Positions 36,930 through 51,740 of a stretch of DNA of 64,000 nt are shown one piece after another. The notes below the pieces were generated by a model, which saw nothing but the letters and a program-made list of their open reading frames with translations, was not told the origin of the DNA and made no database searches. The position numbers and the translations under genes were made by a program. Source of the DNA: Nageia nagi (taxonomy: Eukaryota > Plantae > Pinophyta); NCBI GenBank assembly GCA_050084985.1, contig JBITNC010000001.1:198214001-198278000 (forward strand), in the 5' to 3' direction. How positions within the stretch are numbered: the first letter of the stretch is position 1; each line of letters opens with the position of its first letter.

Positions 36930-39822
36930 TGTTGAACTATTTATTCTTATTCATCTTATGCTTTAATTTCATATGTAGTATGGTACGATTCAACTAAGCA
37001 ATTTTAAAAAAAAAAGTTAGAACTTTATAATTCATAATAAAAAGCAATAAATAATAAAATATAAATAGCAATGACAAAATCCAAAATATCTTATGATAGT
37101 GAGAACCCTCAAATGTAGTCACCACTTTAAGACCATGCGTCTATATACTATTTCAATAGAGTGTGCATATACCAAATATATTGATTTAGTATATGATATT
37201 GTCCTCTTATTTAAAGTATTTCGATATTATTCTTTAATTGATAAGATTTACTTTAATCAAGGAATCACATATATTGAAGTAGGCCCCTCATCTACCAATG
37301 TTCATGTTATGCTTAAGCTTTCATCTTATAAAGTATAAAGAATGAGACTACGAAGGAGTGGACAAAGTTAAAATTCAGGTTTACGAGGATTGTATATCAA
37401 TAAGAGATCATTAAAATTATTATTTGACATAGTTATGAGTATTTTTCAATCCATAAATTTTGTCATAATTTTTTTCAGATAAGATTATGTAATAATCCCA
37501 AATACCAACAATAAAATCATACAAAAATAAAACACAATTTTTTTTTTAATAATAAACTAGACTTCTCTCAAACTTTGCTTACAAAATCTTATAAGTACAT
37601 TAGTCTACATTCCAAGGCATCTAAGTGCCATACATAACTTTGAATTCATTATGTAATCTAATATAACAATGACTTCTTATAATAGACTTTCTTCCAAAAA
37701 TATTCATTCTCCTAATCACCAAAGGTTGATGAAGAAGAGAGAGGAATCCATGTATAAATAGAATTAAGGTAATATTAGCATCAATGTCATTAATCCCTAA
37801 AGTTACATAGATCATAAGCATATAATTGAAACAAATAATTGAAATAATTGAAAGAAAGAAATAATTGGAAGATAGAGAGCAATCTTATTTCCCATATCAA
37901 TTAAAAGCGCATGTCCTTTCTTTCCCATGTAGGCATTTAATGAATTCAAAATTGCTCTAATGATCATATTAGGCATAATAGCAATGACCTTCCAAGTCAT
38001 GTTATCAAGAGTCAATAATGATCATTGAAGTCATGTTATCAAGATCCAACAAAGCACTATCATGGTCAAAACTTTAAATGCCAAAATAATGATCTTTTCA
38101 TGCATAATGATGACCATGCAAGCCATGAAATCAAATGTTAATAAAATATTCATTATAACCATACAAGCCATATAATTATGTACCAAATGGTATTCCATTC
38201 GTACTAAAACAATGTTCTATTTTTATCAAATAAGGTTTCATTTTTATTAACATTTATATAAACCAAATTATTCAAATAATACATAATCATCCTTCTTGTC
38301 AATTTATGACCTTACAATGCATAAAAAATCAACAACTATGTAATGATCCATTTACACCCATCAATGCTCATACAAGCCAACATGATTAAATGTCAATGGT
38401 TTATACTTATACTCATGAAGAGTTATATTGGCTTAATTAATCTACAAGATATTGTTTTAACTTCATCTATTGTTATAACAATATTCAACATGCCATTAGA
38501 AACGTTCCAAATTAGTCACCAAAAGAGCCTTAATCATTCTTCATAATTCATCAATTCTCAACATAATAAGAACATAGTTTATAATTTTATAAAGAATAAT
38601 TATCACCAATAAATTTTTATCAACTAAAATGTATTGATTCCAAAATTGAGATAGATGTGAAATTCCTTCCATCTAAGTTGATATGAAGAAAATGATCTAA
38701 AGGATTTACTTTCATTGCAGTCATTCTATAACATATTTGACATATTAAGAATCACAAATATATGTTAGGTAAATAATAACTCTTACCATAATAAGGAGAT
38801 CTTGGCATAGGATAATTAGATGCCCAAAATCTAAATCTCAAACATAACAATATCTCCTACGAAGTAAAAATAGTTTATGAACACTTGGGAGAATGCATAA
38901 AGGATAAAAATATCATGTGGACCACTAGCCATAGCTATTCTAGTGTCAATTCTCACCAAGAATAAGCTTTAAATTTATAGTTTTCTCATTTTTGTGTTAT
39001 AAGGGATTATAATTGATGGCATTTCCTACCCACTACCTTCCTTCCTCACCATTCTCTATCATCCAACATAATAGGAATTGGAAGTAATTTTCTTAATTAA
39101 TATATATTCAAAACTTTCCTTTCTCATTTGTGAATGCATGGAAACCATGTGGCTCATGCCATGCATAAAACACAATCCACATCCCTAATCAAATCCCTTC
39201 CAATACTTTTTTATGGGAATACCCCCTCTCCTAATGATTGTCTTCGTGGAGCTTTGCCACTAAGGCTAGAAATGAGGAAATGGATGGTAAAATTCAATAG
39301 ATAAGTTAATACCAACATGGTGGTTTAGTTAGGTAATTCAAACTATTATATAATTAAGATTATTATGGTATCAATTTTAATAATCCCTTTTTAAGAAGAG
39401 TTTATGAGCTCATATTATGTGTTCAAGAAGACTCTTAGTTACCCTTTTAAGCTTAATATCAAAATTATCCTTTCAATTTTTTTTATTAATAAGGGTAAAT
39501 GTTATATTAATAAAAAAATGGAGTTTTGATAAGTCCTCCCACACTTCACAAAGTCCAGCTAGACTAAGTAACAATGAACTGGCATAATACAAAAGGGCAT
39601 ACCATAGGTAGGTAGACATAATTTAATTAGCAATCTACAACAATCTAGAAATTTTGGATACATAAATTTTTAGCACAAGAAGCAAAGCTGTAATATCTAC
39701 TAGCATAAATAGTATTTAATTTAATTGTAATAACCCAAAATAGTGGGTCCCAAATCATGAGAATTTTATCAAAATCCTATTTTAGCTTATATAGTGGGAA
39801 ATGCACCTCCTTTGGAGGAATT

Positions 39823-42800
39823 TGTGATGAACCTAGTTAGGGCTAATAATGAAAACTCTCAATCCTTGTATGCAAAAGTTATTGAAAGCTCCAAATGAAT
39901 GCAACAACCAGTCTCAAGCAATAATTTAATATCAAATCACATCAATTGTACCATAGGAGGGTGACATCACACCCTAGTGTTAGTCTCTTACTGAAAATGA
40001 TCTAAATAATGCCACATCTCATGTAGGAGTTCAATATCTCGATAATTTATGCAATAATTCAGGATCTCATACTTGCATCCCAATGTCCAAGCATAAATGA
40101 CAAAATTATATTTATAAACCCTCAAATAATTATAAATATCCAATGTTTATCAAGGAGAGTCAATCACTGTGAAACAATATGCAAATGATAAGTAAATGGG
40201 TCAAATATAATTACTATTAATATTTTAATGAAGAACCTCAGTGTGGCAAGGGTTTCACCAAGGCTTCCTCCAATAACTTTGGTGAAATATCAAAGATCCA
40301 CTAATAGTATTCTACTAATCCAACTTGTGTATCCACATAAGTCCTATTAAGGTGTGCTAACCCTCAACTTGTGTGTCCATGTAAGTCCTATTATGTGCCC
40401 TGCAATAGGTACTCACTCAGAAGAATATAATCAAGGAAGATCAATGCCTAAGCCAAGAAGAAGAAATCATAATAATAAAATAATAATCTTATAAGAATAA
40501 TTCTTTTATAGTGTGAGGTAGCTTCATCATTAATCTTGTGTTGGGATTGATGTAATTTCATCCAATAGTCTCCAAGGATGATCTATGTGCTCTTCATATC
40601 CAACATCTAATATGAGGTGCCTTAGGATTACAAACTTCATATTCAATGGATGTTAATGAACCTCTTCCATGCAACATTCCTCATTGGAGTCCCCATCGCC
40701 TTAGGATCCATGTAATCAACCTTAGAATGAGCAACTCTACCTCAAGATGGGACATCCACCCAAGAGGGGAGTTATTTCACATAAGGATGCTAACTTACAT
40801 TAAATATTTGGCATCGTTACAAAATATCAATTAAAAATAACAATAAACCTATTATATACATTCCATAAATGGATTGATAAATTAATATTTAAAGTATCAA
40901 AGTGGAACTTACAAATAAAGGGTCACTATTATAATAAGATGATCCTAAATAAATATAATTTACACCTATATTAATGAAGCAATATTTATACTTCCTTAGA
41001 GGATGAACATCACCCCTAGAGGAGTGAGAATTATGAATCCATGTGTACATGATATTGCAAATTCAACTTGGTGGTGAACTTCCAAATACCATATCTTCCT
41101 CATTTCTTATCAAAAATAGGTAATGTAACCTATCAAAGTGATTGGTGTGAGATGTTTTATCCATTTTTGAAGGTAAATTAGCAATCCCTAGCATGTGGAA
41201 GATAAAATCTCCTCAAGATTAAAAATAAGTAAAATTCCTAAATTGAGAATATTACAATGTCACCCTCCCCAAGATTGCTTATCCTTAAGTAATGTTAACA
41301 CCATTATAAAATTGGAACCAACTATAATATCCTAATTTGATATCGAATAAGGTTCTTCATGCTTTCGTTGCACTACAAATTCCTAATACCATGATGGTAC
41401 TCTTTCTTCCCTGATAGCCATGAAGTTAAGGATGGATATAAATGTACAGAGTGTCACCAAGCTAAGTGTGGATAGGCTTGATGCAAGGCCTCTCAAGTCT
41501 AGCTATACAAATGAAACAATGAAATAATTACTGCAAGTCAATTTTAACACTTATCCAAATGTGTATAAGTTACCCTCTAGATACCTCATGTTGTTATGTA
41601 CGCACAGATTGAGTGAAAATAAGTTTACATGTAGATGATCAGAAGTGGAATAATCATTCCAAAATGATGGTAATATTACTCCAACTATCTCAACTCTATC
41701 TTTGGTATTCTCCATATATCCTAGTGCCTCAAGTGATAAAATATAAGTCTATTATAGAGTGGTCATCTGTAAAAGGTATACTCCAAGCTAAGTGGTAACC
41801 CTATGTGATCATCTATGAGTCATTTATAAAATACCTAAGCCTATTTTTTGCATTCAAACTAAGCACAAATAGATCTAATATATCTGATTATGTGCCAACA
41901 GTCCTTAAGTAAGTCTTCAAAACTTTGCCACAATATTTCCCTATAATCCTCCTTTGTTTCCCTTATCAATTCTTTCTATATCATAATTTGGTTTAAAGAC
42001 TTCATCCATATCATGCTTTTCATTGATACTACCTCCATTAATTGCTTTCTCAATATATGTAAGTGCGTTCTCTTCAAAGAAAGTATTTGGAGATTCAAAA
42101 CATAATTCAACTGATAAGTTGTAATACACCTTTTGCAAAATAATGTTCTCTTTACTCATTACCTTTCTATCATAAAGCTCATGTTCCAACTTCATATTTG
42201 TGTTCATTAGGTCCTCCTTATCCTCTTGATATTTATCTAGAGATCAAGACAAGTGAATATTATCTTCTTTTAGATCAATTATTACTTCCTGTTACTAAGA
42301 ATTTCTTCTAGCAACTTTATTCAATTTATGCTTGATGTTATGGAGTGTCACTTGATGCTTGATACTAAAGTTTCCTTTTCACATAATTTTTCTCTTCTAT
42401 ATCTAATCTTTTTTCAAGCTTTGTAACCTTCTTACATTATCCTTGAATTCGTGATTAAAATCTTGCATTTTCAGCTAGTGCATCATGATATTGGACCTTG
42501 AGATGAATGAGTTCAAACTTAGCCTTTTCTTGAGATAATTTCTTCTCTAACTAAATAAATCAGTGTTTTTCTCTATTTCTTGCAATAATCTATTCATGTC
42601 CCTTGATGCCTTATTTGATATCTTATCTAATGCAATGACCTTATTTGAGAGATTTAATATTTTTTCATTATATTTCCTTTTAATATAATTTATATTTTGA
42701 TAATTATGTTGGGATATTTTATCAATATGCTTGGCAATATTTTCTTGCTCTACTTCTATTTGTAATTCATACAACTTCTTGATTTCAATAGTTGTATGTT

Positions 42801-45800
42801 TCACTATGAGTAGTTGTGTATTAATTTGATCTTCCAATTCTCTTTTCCTTTCTTGAGCTAAAGTAATCAACTGAGTTCCATTTGCTAATTCTTATTGTAG
42901 TTGAAGTATTTTCATATCTTGCAATTTGATGGTTGAATGATAATTTGATGCTTCTTTTGTAAAACTTCAATTTCTTTTTCCATTTGTTAGAGGATGGATG
43001 CAAATTTTGTTTCCAAATATTTCTCTCTTTTTTTATGCTTGTTGTTGCATTGTTTTGGCTTTTTCTAATGATACTTGAACTAGTTCATATTTTCTTCTTC
43101 ATTCATATCTCTTTCTCTTTGTAGATTTGATCTGTTCAAGGGTTGCACTCAAACTTATCTCTATGAAACTACATCTATCTTCGAGAGAGGATATCTTTGT
43201 AACCATTTATTTTTCTTTATCATCTTGCTTGATTCAAAGTTGGTCATACTTTTTCTTCCACTCATAGTTATCTTTTATTACCTTTTTCAAAAGTTCATAA
43301 ACATCAACATGTCTTCTAATGCTTCATACTATCTTTAAATACTCATCAATTCATCTAAGATTCTCTTCTTATCTAAGATGGCACCTTCATACCTTTTAAA
43401 ATATTTATTATATTCCCTTTGACTAAGATCTAAATGATTCTTTAGTGTTTATAATTTGTCTTCCAATGAGTGATATTTTATCTAAAGCTCAACCTTCACC
43501 TTCTCCAATTTCTTATATGTACTTTCATTCTTCCTTCATATTGTAAATTTCTCTTTACTAGACATTGCTTCATCATTCCTTCGATCATGGGTACTATTAT
43601 AAATATTCTCATAGCATGGTAATAAATCAGATATTTTTTCATACCTAGCATTAGTGACATCTCCTTCTAAACTTGGTGTCTTATTATCAAAAGCCTTGTA
43701 AATAAACTCATGTGTAAACTTGGTCTTGGGTAGCGCAAACCCTAATTTATCTTCAAAGTTGTTCATACCATTTTCATTAGCTTCTTTAATGATATGTGTT
43801 GCCTTGATATCATCCTTCATATGATCCTTTCTCTTTTGCTCATATTTATTAAGTTCTTACTTCTTATGGAAATAATCTCTAGTAGCTGGATGGTGTTTTA
43901 TCTCATATATAGCTATCTTTGAAGTTTTTGGTAGTCATGAAGCAAGGCTTTTCCTTCCTGTAATCTCCAAAAATGTCTTGAAGTTTAAAACCTTTTTGTA
44001 ATTTTTATATCTTTTATTGTATTTCATTAGTAGCTTTTCTAGTTTTGCTACCTTTTGGTTGGCCTCAAATGCAACGTCATTGGATAATTTCCTTCCCATC
44101 TTAGTTGACAAGTGACCAAATAAGTCGATCAAAATATCTAGGTTATTTTCATCCATATTTTCTTTCATAATATGATTTGATTATTGATGCAAAAAAATTG
44201 TTCTTAAATTTCCATGCCTATAAGATCAATTAAATCCTTTCAAAATTATGAATTTCTTATATAAAGTCTGAAACTTTTCAAATTAAAGTCTCAAATTAAT
44301 TTATAATCCTTAACTTTATTTCTCCTATTTTGCTTTACAATTAATCTCAAATTATTGTAGGAAAAACTAAATTGGAATCTCAAACCTAATTTTTGTGCTT
44401 AAAAATATGGAATGACCTACCTCAAGGATGAAAAATTTAGATATGAATGCTTTCGGATCTCCCTCAATCCCAACGTCACACTTCTAGTAGTTGGTATCTT
44501 TGATTTGTCACACTTGAAGCTTCCAAGTCTTCAATATGAATGTCCAAGATGCCCAAATTTACCTTATAGGAGGCCTACAAATTGGATTTGGTGCTCTTAA
44601 ATGCTAAAATGAGTATATGAAAATGCAACAAACCTTTTCCAAACCTTTAATATACCAAATTTGATGAAAAATACTAACATTCCCTTCCTTAGTGCCTTTA
44701 ATCATATCTAAATATTGTAAGCCTTGGTAGTGCTTTGGATCTTCTCAATTTTCTTCAAGATCTCACCCAACACGATGGTAAGATTGTGGCTCTGATACCA
44801 CTATAATGAGCCTAGTTAGGGCTCATCATGAAAAATCTCAATCCTTTTATGCAAACATTACTAAAATCTCCAAATGAAAGCAATGATAAGTCTCAAGCAA
44901 TAATTTAATGTTAAATCATACCAATTGTACCCTAAGAGGGTGACATCACACCTTAGGGTTAGTTTCTCACTATAAATGATCTAAATAATGCCATGTCTCA
45001 TGTAGGAGTGCAATATCTCAATAATTCATGCAATAATTCAAGATTTCATACTTGTATCCTAATGTACAAGCATAAATGGTAAAATTATATTTATAAAACC
45101 TCAAATAATATTAAATATCCAACATTTATAAAAGAAATCCAATCACCATGAACCAATATGTGAATGATAAGTAAATGGGCTAAATGTAATTGCTATTAAT
45201 ATTATAATGAAGAACCTCAATTACATATAATGATTTAGATGGTAGTAACACTCTTATCAAGTTGGATGCTTTAGGGCTTTAGATCATCAGTGTGGAAAGG
45301 CTTGCACCATGGCTTCCTCCTCCAACAGTTGCGAAATCTTAGAGATCCATTAACAATATTCTACTAATCCAAGGGTAATGTGAACACCCCATGAATAGCT
45401 AGCCTATAACCCTAAGGTGTGCCAACCCTCAAAGTGTGTGCCCGTGTAAGTCATGTTTTGCACTCTATAAGAGGTACCTCACTCCAAATAATAGAATCAA
45501 GGGAGAGAAATACCCAAGCCAAGAAGAATAAATCATAATAATATTGTGTTCTAGGAATCTTCCTTTTATAGTGTGAGGTAGCTTCATCATTAATCTTGCA
45601 TTAGGATTGATGTTATCTCATTCAATAGTATCCAAGGGTGATCCCTATGCTCTTCATATCCAATTCCCAAGATGAGGTTCCTTTGGATTGCAAATATCAT
45701 ATCTAATAGATGCTAATGAATCTCTTCCATGCAATATCCCTCATTAGAGCCTCCATCGCCTCAGGATTCATGTAATCAACCTTGGAATGAGCAACTCTAC

Positions 45801-46326
45801 CTCAATAAGATAACACATCCATATAATAGGGAAGTTATTACACATAGGGATACCAAATTACATTAAATAATTAGAATCATTACAAATTATAAAATAAAAA
45901 TAACAATAAACCTATTCTAAGACCCAAAATCCCATTATTAGAGTACTAAATTAATATTTAAAGTATCCAAGTGGAACTTACAAATAAAGGGTCATTATTA
46001 CAATAAGATGCTCCTAAATAAATATAATTCACACCTAGATTAATGAAGTAATATTTGCACATCCCTAGAGAATGACCATCACCCCTAGAGGAGTGAGAAC
46101 TATGAATCTACATGCGCTCGATATTGCAAATGATTTTTGGTGTGTGAACTTTCAAATGCCATATCTTCCTCATTTCTTACCAAAAATGGGTTGTGTTACT
46201 TGTTAAAGTTATTAGCATGAGATGCTTTATCCATTTCTAAAGGTAAATTTATAATCCCTAGTTTGTGAAAGATGAAATCTCCTCAAGCTTGAAAATGAGT
46301 GAAATTCCTAAATTAAGGATATTACA
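39823..46326 (-). mobile_element. Non-autonomous LTR element L (LARD-like) with a non-gag-pol internal ORF
   Basis: LTRs at 39823-41256 and 44802-46326. Perfect PBS revcomp GCTCTGATACCA at 44789-44800. PPT revcomp ATGTCACCCTCCCC at 41257-41270. Degenerate TSD gaatt/aaatc. The host LTR rejoins when compared with the K 3' LTR. Confidence 0.9.
41500..44215 (-). pseudogene. Degenerate long K/E-rich coiled-coil ORF inside L
   Basis: Collinear minus-strand fragments 44168-43935, 43820-43536, 42870-42547 and 42207-41941, rich in E/K/L/I/N heptads. No gag, PR, RT or IN motifs seen. The 3' end is approximate. Confidence 0.7.
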
Positions 46327-47549
46327 AAATCTATCATTTATCTTAATTTCTATGTATTTTAGTAATATTTATCCATATGGAGATGAATATTCCAATTTGG
46401 GTGAAAAAATGCTTGATTTAGCATTCAAGGTGGGATGTCCCTCTTCCAAGAGAATTTAGAGTGATTTTTAGTAAATTAGAAGTATTTAACTATTTTATTA
46501 TTGATTCATTTAGACTTAATTTTATATTTTGGGGTTATAATTTGTCATCCCAAGGTGGGACATCCCAGGTAAAGGTGTAATTTGTAATTTAGGTGTATTT
46601 GGAAGTTAATTCTGGACTAGGTCGACTAGTGAATAAGAAAAAATACCAAATCAATTATAAAATTAGGGAGATTCCTTATTTGAAGACCTATATTACTTAT
46701 TTAATATTTTTTGATGTGAGCATGCTTCCCATAGCCTCTTGATTGCAAGGGTGGTATTGAGGTTGACATCCTCAAGCTTATTATAACCAACACTATGACA
46801 TGGCCCTGGTGCCTCATTCATCCATTATAAATTTCTATTGATCCCTTGAGCTCACCTTGTTGTTGAGATCTACTTTCGAAAGCCCTAGAGCTTCATATGT
46901 TCCTATTGAGAGACCTTGACATTGAACATCTAGCTAGAGGGAGATAGTTTGAGTTCAAATATATAATTAAAATGGTTGATAGAATGCCTTGGAGGCAAGT
47001 TACATTTATAGGGCACTTTGAGGCTTGTACTTCTCTCATTTTACTATTAAAAAATATTAAAATACATTTATCTCACTAATTTATGGTTTGGATCTTGCTA
47101 TTTTACCCCTTAGGGAGGATGTCTCACTCTTAGGGCATCATTTGAGTTTTTGAGATTTTTATGTAAGGTTGAATGAATGAGCTAAGTTAGATTTAATATT
47201 TTTTGGATGAACTACATACATATTTTAGTGTTTATCTTAGATATAATTTAATTAAGTAATTTGGAGAGATAATCATATTTAGATTTGAGTAATTTAGTAT
47301 AAATTAAGAGACACCTATTTTGGTTCATTATAATGGTATCATAGCTCATGATCTTGCCAGCATGTTGAAAAGTTACATGAAAGGAAAGATATTAGATCTA
47401 GGGTTCAAAAACCCTAGCTATTGAGTTGGAAAACTTGGTGGAGAGGTCATCTCATTTTTGGGTCCACATTTTCATAATTTTTAGGATTTAGGACACCAAT
47501 TAAGGGAGCATATAGCTCTATAGGGTATCAAATAACAATAGTAGAAAAA

Positions 47550-50500
47550 ATGGAATATATAGTAAGTCAATATTTGACCAAGCTAGATCGAGATGCAATG
47601 AACAAGGAACTAAATAAGCATTCATCTTCACAATTGGAAAAGCCCTTATTCATTCCAAAGGAGACTCAAGATTCAAATCAAGTAGCAACATAAATGAACA
47701 TTTTTTTATAATACTAGGAATAATCTAAAGCATTTCGAAACATGATCTCATTCCAAAGTTATTTAGAGATCATAGAGAAAAAATTATGGAATAATTCAGA
47801 TTTTGATGATTGCAGAATGATACAAAAGAAAATACAACCACCTCATTTTGATAGAGGAAAGAGAATATTTCCTAGGGCATAGCTTCAAAAGTTTCAAACT
47901 TATTTTTCATTATGCCTAATATAAGAGGAAAAAGTAGTGCACCTTGCAACTCTTTATTTGGTAGAAATTGTCTATGATTAGTGATATTTTGGCCTTATCA
48001 CAAAAGCTCATATTTTAATTATTATATTTGAAGAATTTAGGAAAAATATTTGAGACAAATTTGAATAAAAGGATGAAGAAGAATATACCCTAGAATTGAC
48101 AACATAAAAATAAACAACCACTATAGTAACATACATTGAGGAGTTTTAAAGAATAGTAGTAATGGTTCGAGATCTTTCTAAAAAAAGGATCATTTTTCTT
48201 TTTATCAAAAAGATCCATGAGCTGATAAAAGGGTTGGTAAAATCCTTTGAGCCATATACACTTAGTACAACTATAAGAAAGGCATTAACTCTTGAGAAAG
48301 AAATACATCCTAGGGCCAAATACGAAGAAATATTTCAAGTGTATGAAAAATAATAATGACCCACTCACAAGGAAAATAATGAGAGTCACATATAATGGAA
48401 ATGATGATAGTGAAGTTGCAGCTATAATAAAATTCATTATTTAAAAGATATCTCAAAATAAGAACCAATCCAAATTTTAAGAGGGAACTTTAGCCACTTT
48501 AAAGGGAGTGTCCAAATATCTCATCATCAAGGTATGAGGAGAGGTAAAAGAAGTAAAGATCTTTGTGTTGATAAATGGAGGAGCTATCGTAATTTCATAG
48601 ATGAAATTTTTATGAAAGAAAATGGACTTAATATGGAAGCATTTGAAGTATTTCAAGTAGAAATGGGAAATGAAGAGATCTCATCTTGGAAAAGAATGGT
48701 TAAAAGATTAAAGGTGAAATTGGGAAAGTATGAAATAGAGGAAGACTTATACATTCTTTTCATGGGAAAGACACCTCAGTTAGTGCTTAGGGTATAATGG
48801 TTGTATTGATTAAGAGAATTTTCTTCTAATTATCAAACATTAGAAATTAAGTTTATAGCACAAGGGTGAAACATCATCCTAAAGGTAATCAAGGAACTCT
48901 AAGAGGTATCCGCTAGAAGAATGGAATAACTCCTAAACAAGGATGACATCGTATAGGGTGCTAGCATATTTTTAATTAAAGAAATTTCCATCTCCTCTCC
49001 TAAGGTATTATTCTCATAACATCCAGATATTCAATCAATTTTGGATAAGCATGAACAGGTATTTAGAGAAATATCTAAGAGATTTCCACCCAATAGAGGT
49101 TTCTAGTATATTATAGAGCAAGAGCCAAGATCAAAATCCATCATGATCATCCCTTATAGGCATGCTCGCATGTACAAGAGATGAAATTAAGAAAATCATA
49201 AAATAACTTATCAAGATGGGTCACATTCATCCCAGCTCTAGTCCTTTTGCTTCTTCCATGGTTTTGATCAAGAAATATGATGGTACACTAAGGATGTGCA
49301 TCGATTATTTTATCATCAATAAGAAGACCATAAAAAATAATTACCCCATTACTAGAGTATATGAACTCATTAATGAGCTTCATGATGCTAAGCATTTTTT
49401 AAAAATTTACCTAAGATTAGGATATCACAAAATACATGTAAGATATGAAGATATCCACAAGGCAACTTTTAGGTGTCACTATGGTCACTTCAAGTTCTTG
49501 GTCATGAATCATGCATTCTAAGAACAATTGAGTAAATATGGATGGTTATTTTTTGACAACATATTTATTTACAACCAATCATGGGAAGAACATCTCAAAG
49601 ACTTGGATATCATTTTAAGCATTCTCTAAAAATAATAATTTTATGCTAAAGAGTCAAAATATGAGTTTGGGCTAACTAAGATCTTATATTTAGGCCATAT
49701 AATTAGTGAAAAGGGAGTACACATTGACTAACAAAATATAATTTCCATTTAGAAATGGTCCATCCCCACTACCTTGATACACTTGAGAGGATTCTTGGGA
49801 CTTTACAACTATTACAAGAGGTTCATATGAGGATTCTCATAGTTAGTAGCTCCATTGACAGAATTAACAAAAAAAGGAGCCTTCATATGGAGTGAAAAGC
49901 ATAAATGACCTTTGAAGGGTTGAAACAAGTAATATCCTCTTGTCAATTACTCGTAATTCCTAATTTTTCTTTACCTTTTGTAGTGGAATGTGATGCTTTT
50001 GAAATTGGGATAGGGGTTGTTTTCATGTAAAAGGGATGACCAATTGTATTTGAAAGTAGGAAAATTATAAAAATAGAAACAAATTTTAGTTTCTATGAAA
50101 AATAAATACTCGTAATCATGCACACTTTGTCAAAATTCAAGCAAATCTTATTTATGGAAAGTTTTTGGTTAAAATAAATAATCATAGTTTGAGGCATGTT
50201 TTTGGGACAACAAGAATTGAGCAATAGGCAAAAATGGGAAAGTAAATTGCAATCCTATGACTTTGACATTGAATATGTGAAAGGGAAGAATAATATTATT
50301 ACTAATGCATTATCAATAACTCCTACCTTTCATTCTTATTCTATCATAGGCATTGATTGGAAGATGAATATTATGGCTAAATACAGAATGAATGATTTTA
50401 CCTCAAAAGTTTTGAATGAAAATATTTCTAATGAAAAATTCATAATAAGAGGGGGACTAATCATATAAAAAAATAAAATTTGATTGGTTCTAAAATTGAA

Positions 50501-51740
50501 GCTAAAAGAGAAATTAATATCATCTTTGCACGACGCACCTCTTATGGGACATCTAGGATTGTAGAAAATATATAGAGCACTAAGGGAATGCTTTAAATGG
50601 AAAAATATTAAAGGATACATATGGAAATATGTGAGATAATATCCTATGTTCCAAGAAAATAAATTTGAACACACTCTTATAATGAGGTTGTTTTAGCCTT
50701 TACCAATTCCAAATCAAAAGTGAGAAAGTGTATCCATGGATTTCATCATTGGTCTACCCAATATACAAGGTAAAAATTGTATCTATATCATGGTGGATAT
50801 ATTGGAAAAATATGGTTGTACAAGTGGTTGATTTATTATTCAAAGATATTTTTTAGACTTAATGGTTTTCCTAAGAATATTGCGAGTGATAGGGACAACA
50901 AGTTCATTAGTACCTTTTGGTAGTAACTATTCAAGCTAATTGGCACTAAATTGATTCTAAGAACTAGTTATCACCCCCAAATTGATGGACATATAGAGAA
51001 TGTGAATAAATGGGTGGAAGGATATTTGAGAAATTATGTCTCAAGGAAATAATGCTTAGATCAAATGGTTGTATTTACAAGAATATTTCTACAATTCTTC
51101 CTATCACATATCCATAAAAATATCTCCATTTATGGCTTTATATGGTTATTAAGCACCTTATATTTTTGATATTATACTAGATGATAACAAAGTTCCTAAG
51201 GCACATGATTTTTTGTAGGAAAATCAAGATATATTAATTAAAAGCCATAAAATATAATTTGCAACATGCACAAAATCAATAAAAGAGATACATAGATCAA
51301 TAAAGAATCAAAAGGAGTACAAGGTTTGTGACATGGTTTATTTGCACCTTCAACCCTACTAATAATCTACTCTCAAGAAAAATGGATCAAAGAAGCTATA
51401 ATCCAAGTTCTATGGTCCTTATAAAATACTTCAAAAGATTGGGGAGGTCACCTATGCATTGGTAAATACCATCTAATAGAAAAATTCATAATGTATTTCC
51501 ATCTCTCTTATTTAAATAAGGCTCTCTGGAAACATATTATATCTTTTGCAAATTTACCCCACTTGATGATGAAGGAAGATTGATTTTGGAACCCAAGATC
51601 ATTTTGGACACAAAAGAAAAGAAGTTAAGAAATAGGAACATCACAAAAAATCAAGTAAAATGGAAAGGATTTCCAATAGAGTATACTTCATGGGAAGGAC
51701 TAGAGATTCATAATCACTCAACTTTAAATTCCTTGGGGAA
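47550..51740 (+). pseudogene. Gypsy K gag-pol remnant (gag, PR, RT, RNase H, integrase, chromodomain)
   Basis: PSSSPFASSMVLIKKYDGTLRMCIDY, GYHKI, FRCHYGHFKFLVM, FFDNIFIY; VECDA; YDFDIEYVKGKNN; SMDFIIGLP, SDRDNKF, YHPQIDG; chromodomain EPKIILD...VKWKGFPIEYTSWE. Confidence 0.93.

Noticed and set aside
37100-39700. AT-rich region with faint coding-like texture and a short duplication near 37994-38045
   Set aside because: No recognisable protein motif, TIR, LTR or TSD; cannot be assigned without a database search.
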